This document shows, one piece after another, positions 22,101 through 34,100 of a DNA stretch of 64,000 nucleotides (its first letter is position 1; each line of letters starts with the position of its first letter). Source of the DNA: Heterodontus francisci. Lineage: Eukaryota. The notes under the pieces are model-generated. The model saw only the letters and a list, made by a program, of their open reading frames with translations, was not told the origin of the DNA and did not search any database. The DNA is taken from contig NC_090375.1 of the NCBI RefSeq assembly GCF_036365525.1, forward strand, positions 114,398,257 through 114,462,256, given 5' to 3'. Both the position numbers and the translations under genes were made by a program.

Positions 22101-25100
22101 TTTAGGATAATTTTGCCAAGATTTTGTTTACTGAGGACATCGAATGAACTTCTCTTACCGCATCCTTATTACGTTGAGTTAAGTCTACACACAGGCGAAG
22201 TGTGCTGTTAGGTTTAGGAATGGGAATCATTCGCGAACATCATTCTGTCGGTTCAGTGACAGGAGAAATGACTCCCAACCTGCTCATCTCTTCTAATTGA
22301 TGTTGGACTTGCTTCATTTGTGGGTGTGGTATCTTCCTAGGCGTGAAAAGACATACAGGCTTAGCGTAATGTTGTATCCGGACTTCAGTCTTCCTAGAAC
22401 AGTAAATAATTTCAGAAAATCTTTTTGAATCTCATGGATTCTTATTGCTTAACTTCTTCCACTTTTCTTATAAGATGAAATTCAATACAAGCTCTTCTAC
22501 TTAAGAGAGAGAATTCCTGATTCTGTAGAACATAGTGTTTCCAATATCTGCTTTCCCTTGTTCTGGAGTGTTGCCTGTAGCTTTCCCTTGACTTTCAGTT
22601 CATTCCCTCCTGGACCATGTAACTGAGTTTCTGCTGGTTGCAGGTAATGTATTAATAATCACGTTTCGTTGTCTGATAAGACCATTACACTAGCTCCAGT
22701 ATCTAGTTTAAAATTAGTGATATGTCCATTGACATATATATCTGCAGACCACAATGCCTGATTAGGATCATTGATCTCACCAAGGAAGTTTTTGGATTTC
22801 TCTCCTGATCGAGATTGTTCAACTTCATTAACAACTCTATGCTTGAAGACTTTTTCTTTCGAACCTATGAGCATAGAGATTTTACTTTGGCACATCTTCC
22901 CAAAATGGCCTACTTTCTTACAGCAGAAGCATTCTGCTTTGTTTGCAAGATGCTGTTTGCGCCTGTAGGTCTTTTTGGCATGCAGCGCTGGCAGGGTTTC
23001 ATGGCTTCTTGCACTTTCACCCCCTCCCCCCCCAATCCCCAGTGTACGTTCTAATCTGGTGCTTCTTTTACAGCTCTCTGATTAAGGAACTGTATGGTCG
23101 CTAGAGGTTTCCTGAACTAAGGTCTTTCTTCACCTCTCAGGATTGCTCTGGTCTTCTTCCATACCTCTGTTTGTCTCACCAGCTGAATTGTTTTGTCTAG
23201 CGTGAGGTCTTTCTTAGACTGCAATAAATCTGATAGGGATTCATCAGCAATACCTACCACAATGCAGTCTGTTATTAATTCTGCTTTAAGGTATCCATAT
23301 TCACATCCTTCAGCTAGTCTGTAAAGGTCATTAATAAAAGAATCAACTGTTTCACCTGGTTTCTGGACCCTTCTGTTAAATTTTGCCCTTTCCTGAATCT
23401 TATTGCTCTTCAGGTTAAAATAAGAATCAAAGGCTTTTAAAACATCATCAAATGTTTCATTTAATGCCTTGTCTTGCAGTAACATCGATTGCTATTGCCC
23501 CGATGGAATGCAGCAATATGTTAACTTGCTCTGCTTTAGACTGGCTGTCTAATTTGGAAGCAATTCTGTATCTCAAAAATCCTTTTTGCCAGAGTGACCA
23601 ATTTTGAATTTGATTTGGTCCTTCCATGAGTCCAAGCCTCTCTGGTATTGTGAATTTGAGATCCATAGCTTTCTATGTGGTTTACTTTTTAAAAATTTTC
23701 CCTCCAGTATTGGAAGTTTCCTGCACTTTTCTGCCTCGCGCTGACTCCCGCGATGGTCACCGTTTCTCCCTGTGAAATCTCGCCATAGACTCTATTTATT
23801 TCTTTTAACACAGTTTTGCATAGCTTTTGCTATACTCTTTTTACTCCCTTCACTTAGAATGTTGAGTATTTGCAGCCTCTTTTTCTCGCTCGCTCACGGT
23901 CGCCACGTGTAAAGGCGCTGACCTCTGATCTGTCCTCGCTCAGGACCTTTGGTTTTCCTGGTGCTGCCTGCCTAGTGCTGTTAGGAACAAATTTTTTACC
24001 CTCTTTAAGAGTTTCTCACCAGATCCCCAACCGTTGCTTGGTTCTCCGACTTGAAGCCTGCGATCGCTGGACCGGAATTTTTTCACAGACTACCCGCCTC
24101 TGTGGTGCAGCCTGAATGCCTCTACAAGCCAATTTCCCCCAACTTTACGTGCCTCCTTTGTCCACAGAGCAGCTCTGGAGCTTTTTCACAGCCTCTTCTT
24201 GAGTTCTGCAGTTTTTGGCGCTGTTTTTCCAGGTCAGCTTTCTTAAAAGTAATTCTTCTGGGTGTTTGATGGTAAGAACCATCACTGTTCACCATATTTT
24301 ATGTTTGTTTAGTCTGCTGCCACCTTTGTATATTTGGTTAGTCTAGCTAGGAGAGATTACTGAGTCATCTGTAATTTTAACATTAACTCTTTTATTACAT
24401 TTTAACTTTTTCCAGCTTTACATAAGTCTGTGTGACTCATCTGAAGGCATGTTGTATCTCTCTCCAGTCTCTCTCACACGTGTGCTCTTACATCATCGAG
24501 GTGGGAGGTATTTCTCACACTCTCTCAAACATTAACCCTTTCAAATCCTTATACTACAGATCATCTTCGAAGATTAAACAGCAATGTAAAATCTTTAATT
24601 GATAACTGTGCTCTCTTCCAAATACCATTGGTGAAAGTCATGAACAGCCATGAGGAGGGATTTTTTTTATTGATTCATGGGATGTGTGCATCGCTGACAA
24701 GGCCAGCATTTTTTGGCCATCCCTAATTGTCCTTGGGAATGTGGTGGTGAACCACCTTTTTGAACCACTGCAGTCCCTGTGGTGTAGGTCCACCCACAGT
24801 GCTGTCTGGAAGGGATTTCCAGGATTTTGACCCAGCAACAGTCAGCAGTGGGAGGCATTCAAGTGGAAGATAGAGACAGACCAAATATGTTCCCAGAATG
24901 AAAAAGGGTGGGACTCCCAAATCTAGACCCTCACTGGATACCAAAACAGCATTCAGGGTAGGATGAGGCAGAAAAGGGGAACTTATGGCAAATACCAAAA
25001 GCTTAATACTGCAGTAAGCCTAGGGGGATATAGAAAGTGCAGGGGTGAAATTAAAAAGGAAATTAGGAAAGAAAGAAATGGGCATGAAAAATATGGGCAA

Positions 25101-28100
25101 ATAAAATCAAGGAAAGCCCAAAAAATATTTTATAAATACATAAAGAGCAAGAGGATAATTAAGGAAAGACTAGGACCGAAAAGGTAACTTGTGTGTGGAG
25201 GCAGATGATGTGGGCATGATTCTTAATGAATACTTTACATCTGTCTTCGCAAAAGAGGGGGACAATGAAGACATTGCAGTTAAGGAGAAGGAGTGTGAAA
25301 TATTGGATGGGATCAACATAGTGAGAGAAGAAATATTAAGGGGTTTGGCATCTTTGAAAGTAGTTAAATTGCCAGTCCTAGATGAAATGTATCACAGGCT
25401 GCCAAGAGAAGCAAGGGAGGAAATAGCAGAGGCTCTGAACATCACTGAATGTAGATGCAGTCTGAATCCGACTGGAAACTGGAGTGGGGTGAGGCTTCTT
25501 GGAGGAGCATGTCTTGCTTCACTTCATATTGGAGTTGTTCGGACCTTCACACCCAATTTACATGTAACAAGCTTAGTGTTAATGCAGACCTGAAAGTGTT
25601 TTGCACTAGTACTGAATTTGTACTGTAAATGCACCCTAAGTCACTGGGTTTCCTTACACAATAAATCAAATGTTAAATGGTATTTGACAGATTTAAATGC
25701 AGTATGATGATTTAAGAATGAATAAGTGCAACAGTTTTGTAAATGTTATAATACTAGCTGCAGTAGAGAAAAGTAGTGTGATTTGAATATCTTTTTTGTT
25801 ATTTGCCTAGATGTCGTTGTCCTGCTCACTCTCACACTTACTCACAAGGTAATACTGTATTATGAGAATACTATTAATTGTTGTAGAAGGTGACAATAGA
25901 ATACATGGTGGTAAGTAATTCTTAATTCTAGTTAAAATGTATTTCAGAAGTCAAATAGAAAACTACGGAGCAGTTAAAACACTGGCAGTTGTCTGGGGAT
26001 CCACTAATGAGTTCTAGAGTATAAAGTTGTGTAAGTGTTGTGTGCTGTGAATGGCTGGATCCATATTATCCAAAGTAAATAGTTACAAGTATTTTTGTGT
26101 GTATCTGATTAAACTGTGAGAAGTTTAATGTTTTAACTTCAGTAAAGGTTGATAAATGTAGACCTTTTGTCAGCCCCATGGTTTTCTATGGTAGTGGAAC
26201 ATGAAACTGATCTGCAGGACACAAAGGTGTAAACGTCACAATCGCTCATTATAAAACCTGTGTAAAATTGGATTTAGGCATCAGATTTTTCAACATTGAA
26301 GATACTGTATTACAAGCGGTTTTTTGTGCTGAAATTTAGGAATCTGATTTTTTTTTTTAAATAGGGAGCAAAACTCATATATGTTTGAGCACAAGCATCT
26401 GTTCACATCTGGAGTACTGTGTACAGTATTGGTCTCCTTATTTGAGGAAGGATGTAAATGTGTTAGAAGCAGTTCAGAGAAGGTTTACTAGACTAATACC
26501 TGCAATGGGCAGGTTGTGTTATGAGGAAAGGTTGGACAGGCTAGGCTTGTGTCAGCTGGAGTTTAGGAGAGTAAGAGGTGACTAGATTGAAACATATAAG
26601 ATCCTGAGGGCTCTTGACAGGGTGAATGTGGAAATGATGTTTCCCCTTGTGGGAGAATCTAGAACTAGGGGTCACTATTTCAAAATAAGGCGTCATCATT
26701 TAAGACGGAGATGAGGAGAAATGTTTTCTCTGAGAGTCAGGAGTCTTTGGAATTCTCTTCCTCAAAAGGCAGTGGAAGCAGAGTCTTTAAATATTTTTAA
26801 GGCAGAGGTAGATAGATTCTTGACAAACAAGGAGGGTAAAAGGTTTTCGGGGGTAGGCAGAAATGTGGAGTAAAGGTTACAATCAGATCAGCCATGAACT
26901 TATTGTATGGCAGAACCGGCTTGAGGGGCCGAGTGGCCTACTCTTGCTCCTAATTCGTATGTTCTTATGTTTTTATGAAATCAGATTCATGTGCCGACCT
27001 ATATCGTAATTTGAAATTTCGCCATGTATTTAGAAGACACGTGAAAACATGCATTTAAAATTGGTTCATCTGTCCAAAGTAGTTGATAGTTGCTCAATGT
27101 AATGGGAAACATCAACATTGTTGTAACTTTATCTGCACATCTGACTAGTCAGTTGGTGTTAGTAATTGTAGGAATATTCTATGCGGTCTTCTCAAATTGG
27201 TTGAAACCTAGAGGTTTGCATTTTTCTGTGGTGTGGTGATTGGCAGCTGTGGATACATTTCATTATTGGTGTTTGTATGTTCCAGCTCCAGGGCATGTTA
27301 CAACCAGAACGACAGACTATGCTTTTGAGGTACAAATATTTCAATCAATGCGCCACAACTTAATCATTTCAGCAATAATAATGTGGAAAAAATTATTATA
27401 AAAAATAAATTGTGGATGTTGGATCTATTTCAGATGGCTTGTTCAAACATTCGTTATGGAGAAGGGGTGACAAATGAAGTTGGTATGGTAAGAGTTTGGC
27501 CTCTGAAATCATATAAATTAAAAGCCTTCTTTTACTTTTATTTGATTCAGTAATTTTGCACAAAAAGCAGAGCACATTCTAATGGTTCAGTGCATTAAAG
27601 AACTAACAGACAAGATTAACATGTTTGTGCTCTTGATTCTTTGTCAAATTAATCATCATTCTTAACAGCACTATGGAAGACAGGTATCAAACAGAGTGAC
27701 ATGTTTTAATGTGGGAGAAGGCAAATAAAGTCAGAGAGCGAATCATCCCAAACCACTTTAGGCACCTTGTTATCTGGTCACAGAGGGACAGGACACTGAT
27801 AGTTAGGAATGGGTGCAGGCATGACAATGAAAGAATGAGGGGGAATTTTAACAAGCAAGAATGTTTGGATTGAGGTTGGTTACATATTTAAAATCAAAGA
27901 AAAATGATGCAGGCTGCAACCCAGCTTCAACATGCTGACTTCTAGGTTTAACTGAGATGTGTTTGGATGTCGACTAAAAACCTACTCAATTAGGCCAGGG
28001 ATCTAATTATTGCAGATGAGCAGGTAGTCATTGGTGCAATGAGGTCTTTAGAAATTGCTAAATTTAGAGCAAAGTTAAAATCAATGTACCACAGGTTTCC

Positions 28101-31100
28101 CTGGGCTCAAAAAACTGACCAGTGAGAAGAAGGTGAGATCGGACCGCAGGTCAAGTGATATTTAAACTTGTCATTGCTCCATCTGAATAAAAGCTCAGCA
28201 GCTGGTGTCTCAGTTCCCTCTGGTGAGCATTTGCAGAGGGTTCTAGTGTGAATACAGTTTTTTGCAACCTTGGAGTCCTTCAAATTGATAAGATCAGGAT
28301 GGGAGGTGCGATGGATGTGTTTGACAGCACATCAGAAGAGGAAGACCATCACCATCCATGGCATGCTGTGGTAGAATCAACCTGTACATGGAAGAGGCAC
28401 TGAGGCTGCAGGAGGCACAGTCCACGTCACAGAGTTTATAGTCAGAGACTCAGCTTTCTTGACCTCTTGAAAAAGCAGTGCCTCTGCAGGCTGAGGTTGC
28501 CACGTCAGGTGGTGGCAGAGATCTGCAGCCTCCTAGAGGACCTATTCCCTGCTGGACCTGGTGGTCACGCATTGCTTGCAGCTGTGAAAGTGACTGCAGC
28601 CCTGTATTTCTTTGTCTCCAGGATCCTTCCAGGGCACTACCAGATACATTTTCAGGATCTCCCAATTGGCTGCACATAAATGCATAAGGCAGGTCACTGA
28701 TGCATTGTTTTCCAAGGCCAGCAATTTTGTAAATTTCCCCTGTGATGACAGTAGCCAAAATGAGCAGGCACTCAGATTTGCCTCTCTGGCTGGATTCCCA
28801 AAGGTACAGGATGCCAACAACTGCACACAGGTGGCAATCTGAGTGGCACCACAACACCCAGGAGATTTTCTAAACCTCAAGGGATATTCGTCCATCAATG
28901 TCCATCAAATAAGAAGAGGTTCCTGCAGGTCTGTGCCAGATTCCCTAGGAGCTATCATGATGCATTCATACTGCGGCAGCCCAACATTCCAGACCTCTTC
29001 ATTCCTGGAAGCAAAATTAAGGGCTGGCACTTAGGAGACTTCAAGCTTGGCTCATAACACCTGTGAGGAACCCCACCTGTGAGGTGCAGGAGTGCTACAA
29101 GGAGAACCACATGACCACCTGTGTGTCACTGAGCAAGCCATTGGAATGTTGAAGATGCTGTTCCAAGTGCCTAGATATGTCTGGAGACATCCTTCAGTAG
29201 CCGCCAGTGAGGGGCTCCAGAGTTAATAGTAATGTGTTGTGTCCTTCACAACATTGTGGAGCAGAGAGTATTCAGATGAGAACGTACAGAAGGAGGAGGA
29301 TGAAAATGGAACACCTATCACCAAGACCAGCTGCTTACATTACTGCCAGGGATGCCCTAAAATCACAAAGGTTCACCTAGTTTAAAACATAAGAAATTAA
29401 ATCTTGCAGTCCATTCCCACCACCAGGACCATCCCTCACCACCCTCTCTCCCTTTCTTTGCACTAAACAATCCTTCAACCACTCATCCACCCATTGCACA
29501 TCAACCCAATGGATCTCAACATTTATTGACAGTCATCATGAAGCAGGTGAAAGAGTGAGTTGAAAGAGTCCTGATGCAATAGGCAAGACCTGAAATTGAA
29601 GCTGATCGATAAATTTTGTATAACATTTTTAAAGAGGAAATTTAACAATATAACATTTTGTCAAACACCCTTGGTGAATTACAATTTCTTGAACTTATTC
29701 TTCCTATGGCGGCTTCATGGTGCATCCCATGTAGCTTCAGCAAAGGTAAGGACAAGCAGCTCAGATCACTGCCTTGACTGTTCAGATGCTCTTGGCCTAT
29801 GTCCTCTCAGTTTTGGAGTCCCTGAGAGAATCACCAAAGACTGCTCCACCTATACCTGTGCAGAGGCAGACTCGGCCATCAAGAGATGAGGCAACATGTT
29901 GGTTACTGGCTGGGGGTGGATGGGGCAACGGGTAAGAAGTGGGAGTGCTTTGAGTGGTGTTCCCAATTCCATGTCCCATTTTTCCATCATCTCTCTCCTG
30001 GGCCAGCACCACATCACTCCTGCCATTCTGCTGCTGGCCAGCTTGCTGCAGATCAGTGACCTGTTATATAGCCATGGATATAATATCTGTCATCTTGTTT
30101 AAGGCACTGACATCTCCTGCACTGCTATGGTCATGGCCTGCATAGACTCATTTAAGAATGATGCTTGAAGCTCCATGGAGACAGCCACTCTCTCCATGGC
30201 AGACATTCTGACAATTCCCTGCATCGCCAATCCATTAGTGATTGAATTACCTCCTCCAATTCTCTGCCATTGTGGAGAGTATGCATGACATTTCTGTCAG
30301 TACATGGCTAAGTTTTTGAAACACCTCTAGCATTCTCCTCAACAATAGCCCCCCCCCCCCCCCCCCCACTGCCCAATCATTGATGATATGTTGATCAGAG
30401 ATATTTGTAATTCTGTCACCAATTATCTGCATGCTCCCTGTGTCCTTATCTCTGACTTAAAGGGACGCAGGTGTACCCCTTAGTTCCAGGACTGTCTCCT
30501 CAATATTTGTTAGCTAGATTACTTGTGGCGGGTCACCTTCAATCCTCTCCCTTTCCCTCGCATTTTGCGCTCTCTTCTTCTACAAGGAGCAAGAAAACAG
30601 ATTTGTGAGTGAAAGTCACCCGATGGATGTAGTACATTTGGTGAGAGTGACTATGAGACAGATGTATCACATTGCGTAAGGATTGAGGTAAATGGAAAAG
30701 GTAGATGGATAAAGGGGAGGTGATGAAGTGCATAGAGAGTGAAGTCTGTGTGATGCTGAAAGTTGAGTGGGTGTGAGGAATGATGTGATGGACAACACTT
30801 AGCAAGACAGAGTGCAAGGGGACGGGGCCTAATCACAGGATGTGTTTGAATCAGCAAATGTACTCACTTTTCCTGACCTGGTTAGGTCATTAAACTGCTT
30901 CCTGCACTGCATCCAAGACCTGGCCACAGCACTCATGCTGTTCACCTCCTCAGCTACCTCCTTTTTTGGTGGAGCTGCAGATTTCTTCCCCCACCCCATT
31001 TGCTAGAGACAAGTATAACCCTCCTGGTCCTTACTGTACCCAGGAGTAGTTACAGCAATGCGTCATTAAATGTAGGTGCTGCCCTTGCTTGATGTCCACC

Positions 31101-34100
31101 ATCCATCCTGAACACCTCCAATTTCCATTTGTGCATAAAATTTTAAAAAACTGAGACCACGTCATGCGGGAGACGCAAAACACAGAAGTCAAAGTTAATT
31201 GGTTCAATTGAGTTGACATTGCAGACTTATTTTGTTAACTTCCAGGTTTCATCCACACCTCCCCCACCTATCAACGGCAAAGCCATCTTCATATTAATAA
31301 TGGGGACCAACATGTTAAATACAGAATTAAGTCCTTATCCGTCCAATAATATTGGCATTGATTTATTAAGCCACCTATTTAGTAAACATGATCATCCTGA
31401 GCAATGTATAACAAATGAAAGAAGCCAGAATGGTAGAAGGTGAATTGGACCTTGTTTTTTTTTGACTAGCAATTCCTATGTTTCTATCAACAGAGGAAAT
31501 GCAGAGTAGGGTTACAGTAGAGCCCTGGTAAATGAATGAGCTGTCATTACTAATTGGCTGTTCGGTGTTTGCATGTTTTTCATATTAAAAATTGCAGCTT
31601 TTGTTATTTCTGTAGGATCTTCAGAACATTGGGGCCAGGAATGTTTGTGTGATGACTGACAAGAATGTAGCCAAGCTTCCTCCAGTTAAAGCTGTCCTGA
31701 ATTCATTGGTTAAGAATGGTGTGAACTTTAAAGTTTTTGACAAGGTCAGAGTGGAGCCAACAGATGGAAGGTAAGAAACAATTCATTTGAGAGCATTTTT
31801 AAGGAGCAAGGCATTAATGGTGTTATTGTTGGTAGTATCCCTAATATTGCTATTCGACTATTAGCAAACTGCCAATTAAAAAGTGTATATTCAAAAATGA
31901 ATACTTTTTCTTAAGAGACTGGCTTCCATGCTACACTTTTAGGGCAGGGTGAAGAGGCTGCATCTGTGCATATCTTGTCACATGTAGCCAGACTCTGTAA
32001 TAAAGACATCCCTCCATACAGTGACGAATGTGATAGTTTGGATTCTCCTCCAGGGGATGGAGAATAACAAAACATTGGGCAATAAGGCAAATGCTTCACC
32101 ATCCTGACTAGAATTTCTCTCACCACACCTGTTCCTTGATCACAGCTGGCCTCTCCTTCCCTGCCTGCTGCTTTAAAATGGCAGTAGGGGTGCAGGGCCC
32201 AGGTCCTCGAAAGATTTCCCTTGTGTCCACCCACAATACTGTAGTTTTCTTGACTTCTTGTTGGGAGGTGGCAATGGGCCCCAATGAAGGAGATGGCCTG
32301 GTTGTGAACTCCTTTCCTACGATTCCACCCCAATGACTTACCTGCGTAGGCCTCCAGTCTCTGCCAAGACGAACAAAGTTGCCACTCCTGACTCTTTTTC
32401 TTTTTGTATTTCTGTACCTCCAACACCCCCCCCCACCACCATAAAGGCCTGCTACCTGACCCGAAGGGACCCGACGACGTGTCGGGTTCAGGTCAGGTCG
32501 GGTCGCACTTCCGGGTCCGGCATTCGGGCTCAGGTTGGGTCGGGCCAGATATGACACACTCTATCACCACCTCAGGTAAGTGACTCTAATGTTAATTTAC
32601 CTTTTGGACTTCAAAAGGTGGTTTTGTTACAGTTATTTTAAGCTTGTGCAGGTAAGGAACAAAGTGAAAAATGGAAAGTACGTTAACTGATGGTCGGGAG
32701 CAGGAAAAAATGGATTCAGGCCAGGTCGGGCTCGGGGTCGGATGGGGTTCTGTCGGGCTCAGGTCAGGTCTCACTTGCAGACCCGAGCAAGCCTTTACTC
32801 CACCATATGTGGTGTACCAATAAGACAGGGTCCACCTGAATCAGAATGGGACCAGTGTCTTACAGAAAGAGTAAATAGGAAGATGGCAAAGGTTTGAGAC
32901 TAGTAAGATGAGGGAGGGAGCTACAAGGAATGAAACAAGCCTAAATATAACTGAAATGGGAAAGGAGAGTGTAGGACAGAGTAAGCTAAGGGAGAACGTA
33001 AATGGCAAGGGCGGCACAGTGGCGCAGTGGTTAGCACTGCAGCCTCACAGCTCCAGCGACCCGGGTTCAATTCTGGGTACTGCCTGTGTGGAGTTTGCAA
33101 GTTCTCCCTGTGTCTGCGTGGGTTTCCTCCGGGTGCTCCGGTTTCCTCCCACAAGCCAAAAGACTTGCAGGTTGGTAGGTAAATTGGCCATTATAAATTT
33201 CCCCTAGTATAGGTAGGTGGTAGGGAAATATAGGGACAGGTGGGGATGTGGTAGGAATGTGGGATTAGTGTAGGATTAGTATAAATGGGTGGTTGATGCT
33301 CGGCACAGACTCGGTGGGCCGAAGGGCCTGTTTCAGTGCTGTATCTCTAATAAACAATAAATAGAGTTATAGATAAGGAGTGTAAAAAGATGGTTAAAAA
33401 TAAAGTGAGAGGAATTGTTATCAAAAATAAATTAAACTGTCTGTACAGCAATGCACACAAGTGTCTGTAATAAAATAGAAGAGCTGGAGGTAATAATATA
33501 TTGCAAGAAGCCAGATATTTCGGAACTACTGAGACATGGATACAGAAAATTCAGGACAGGGAATTGAACATCGTAGAGTATAGAAATTTAGAAAATATAG
33601 TGAAGGAGAAAGGGGAGGTGGAGTAGCTGTACTTAATAGTGATAATAGAGTAGAAAAAAGTGGTGCAACTATCAGTAAGACAGAAATAGAATCAATGTGG
33701 ATAGAGATAAAAGACAGTAAAGAATCAATCACATTAGTAGGTGTAGTCCATAGATCATTTAATGGTGGAAGGGAAGTGGAGGAAGAAATATGCAAAAAAA
33801 ATTAGGGAAAAGAGTTACAAACATAGAATAATAATCAGATGTGATTTCCACTACCCTAAAATTAATTGGCCAGAAACTGTAGGTAAACGGGAGTGGAATT
33901 CCTGCCATGTGTACAAGACTCCTTTCTAACCCAGTATGTAAGAAGCCCAACAATAGAAGATTTGCTACTGGATCTGGTCCTGGGAAATGAATCAGAGCAG
34001 ATAATAGTAGGGAAACATCCAGGCAATAGTGATCAGAATATAATAATTGCGAAGGACATAAGCATGACAAAGACCAGCTTAATAGTTTGAAGAAAAGTCA

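Noticed and set aside
28300-29380. Possible host HARBI1 gene
   Set aside because: Multiple frameshifts and stops; several related copies in the window indicate transposon relics.
33009-33075. tRNA-like A/B-box sequences (also near 9320, 9775, 46675)
   Set aside because: They are SINE/LINE heads continuing into repeat bodies; no complete cloverleaf.
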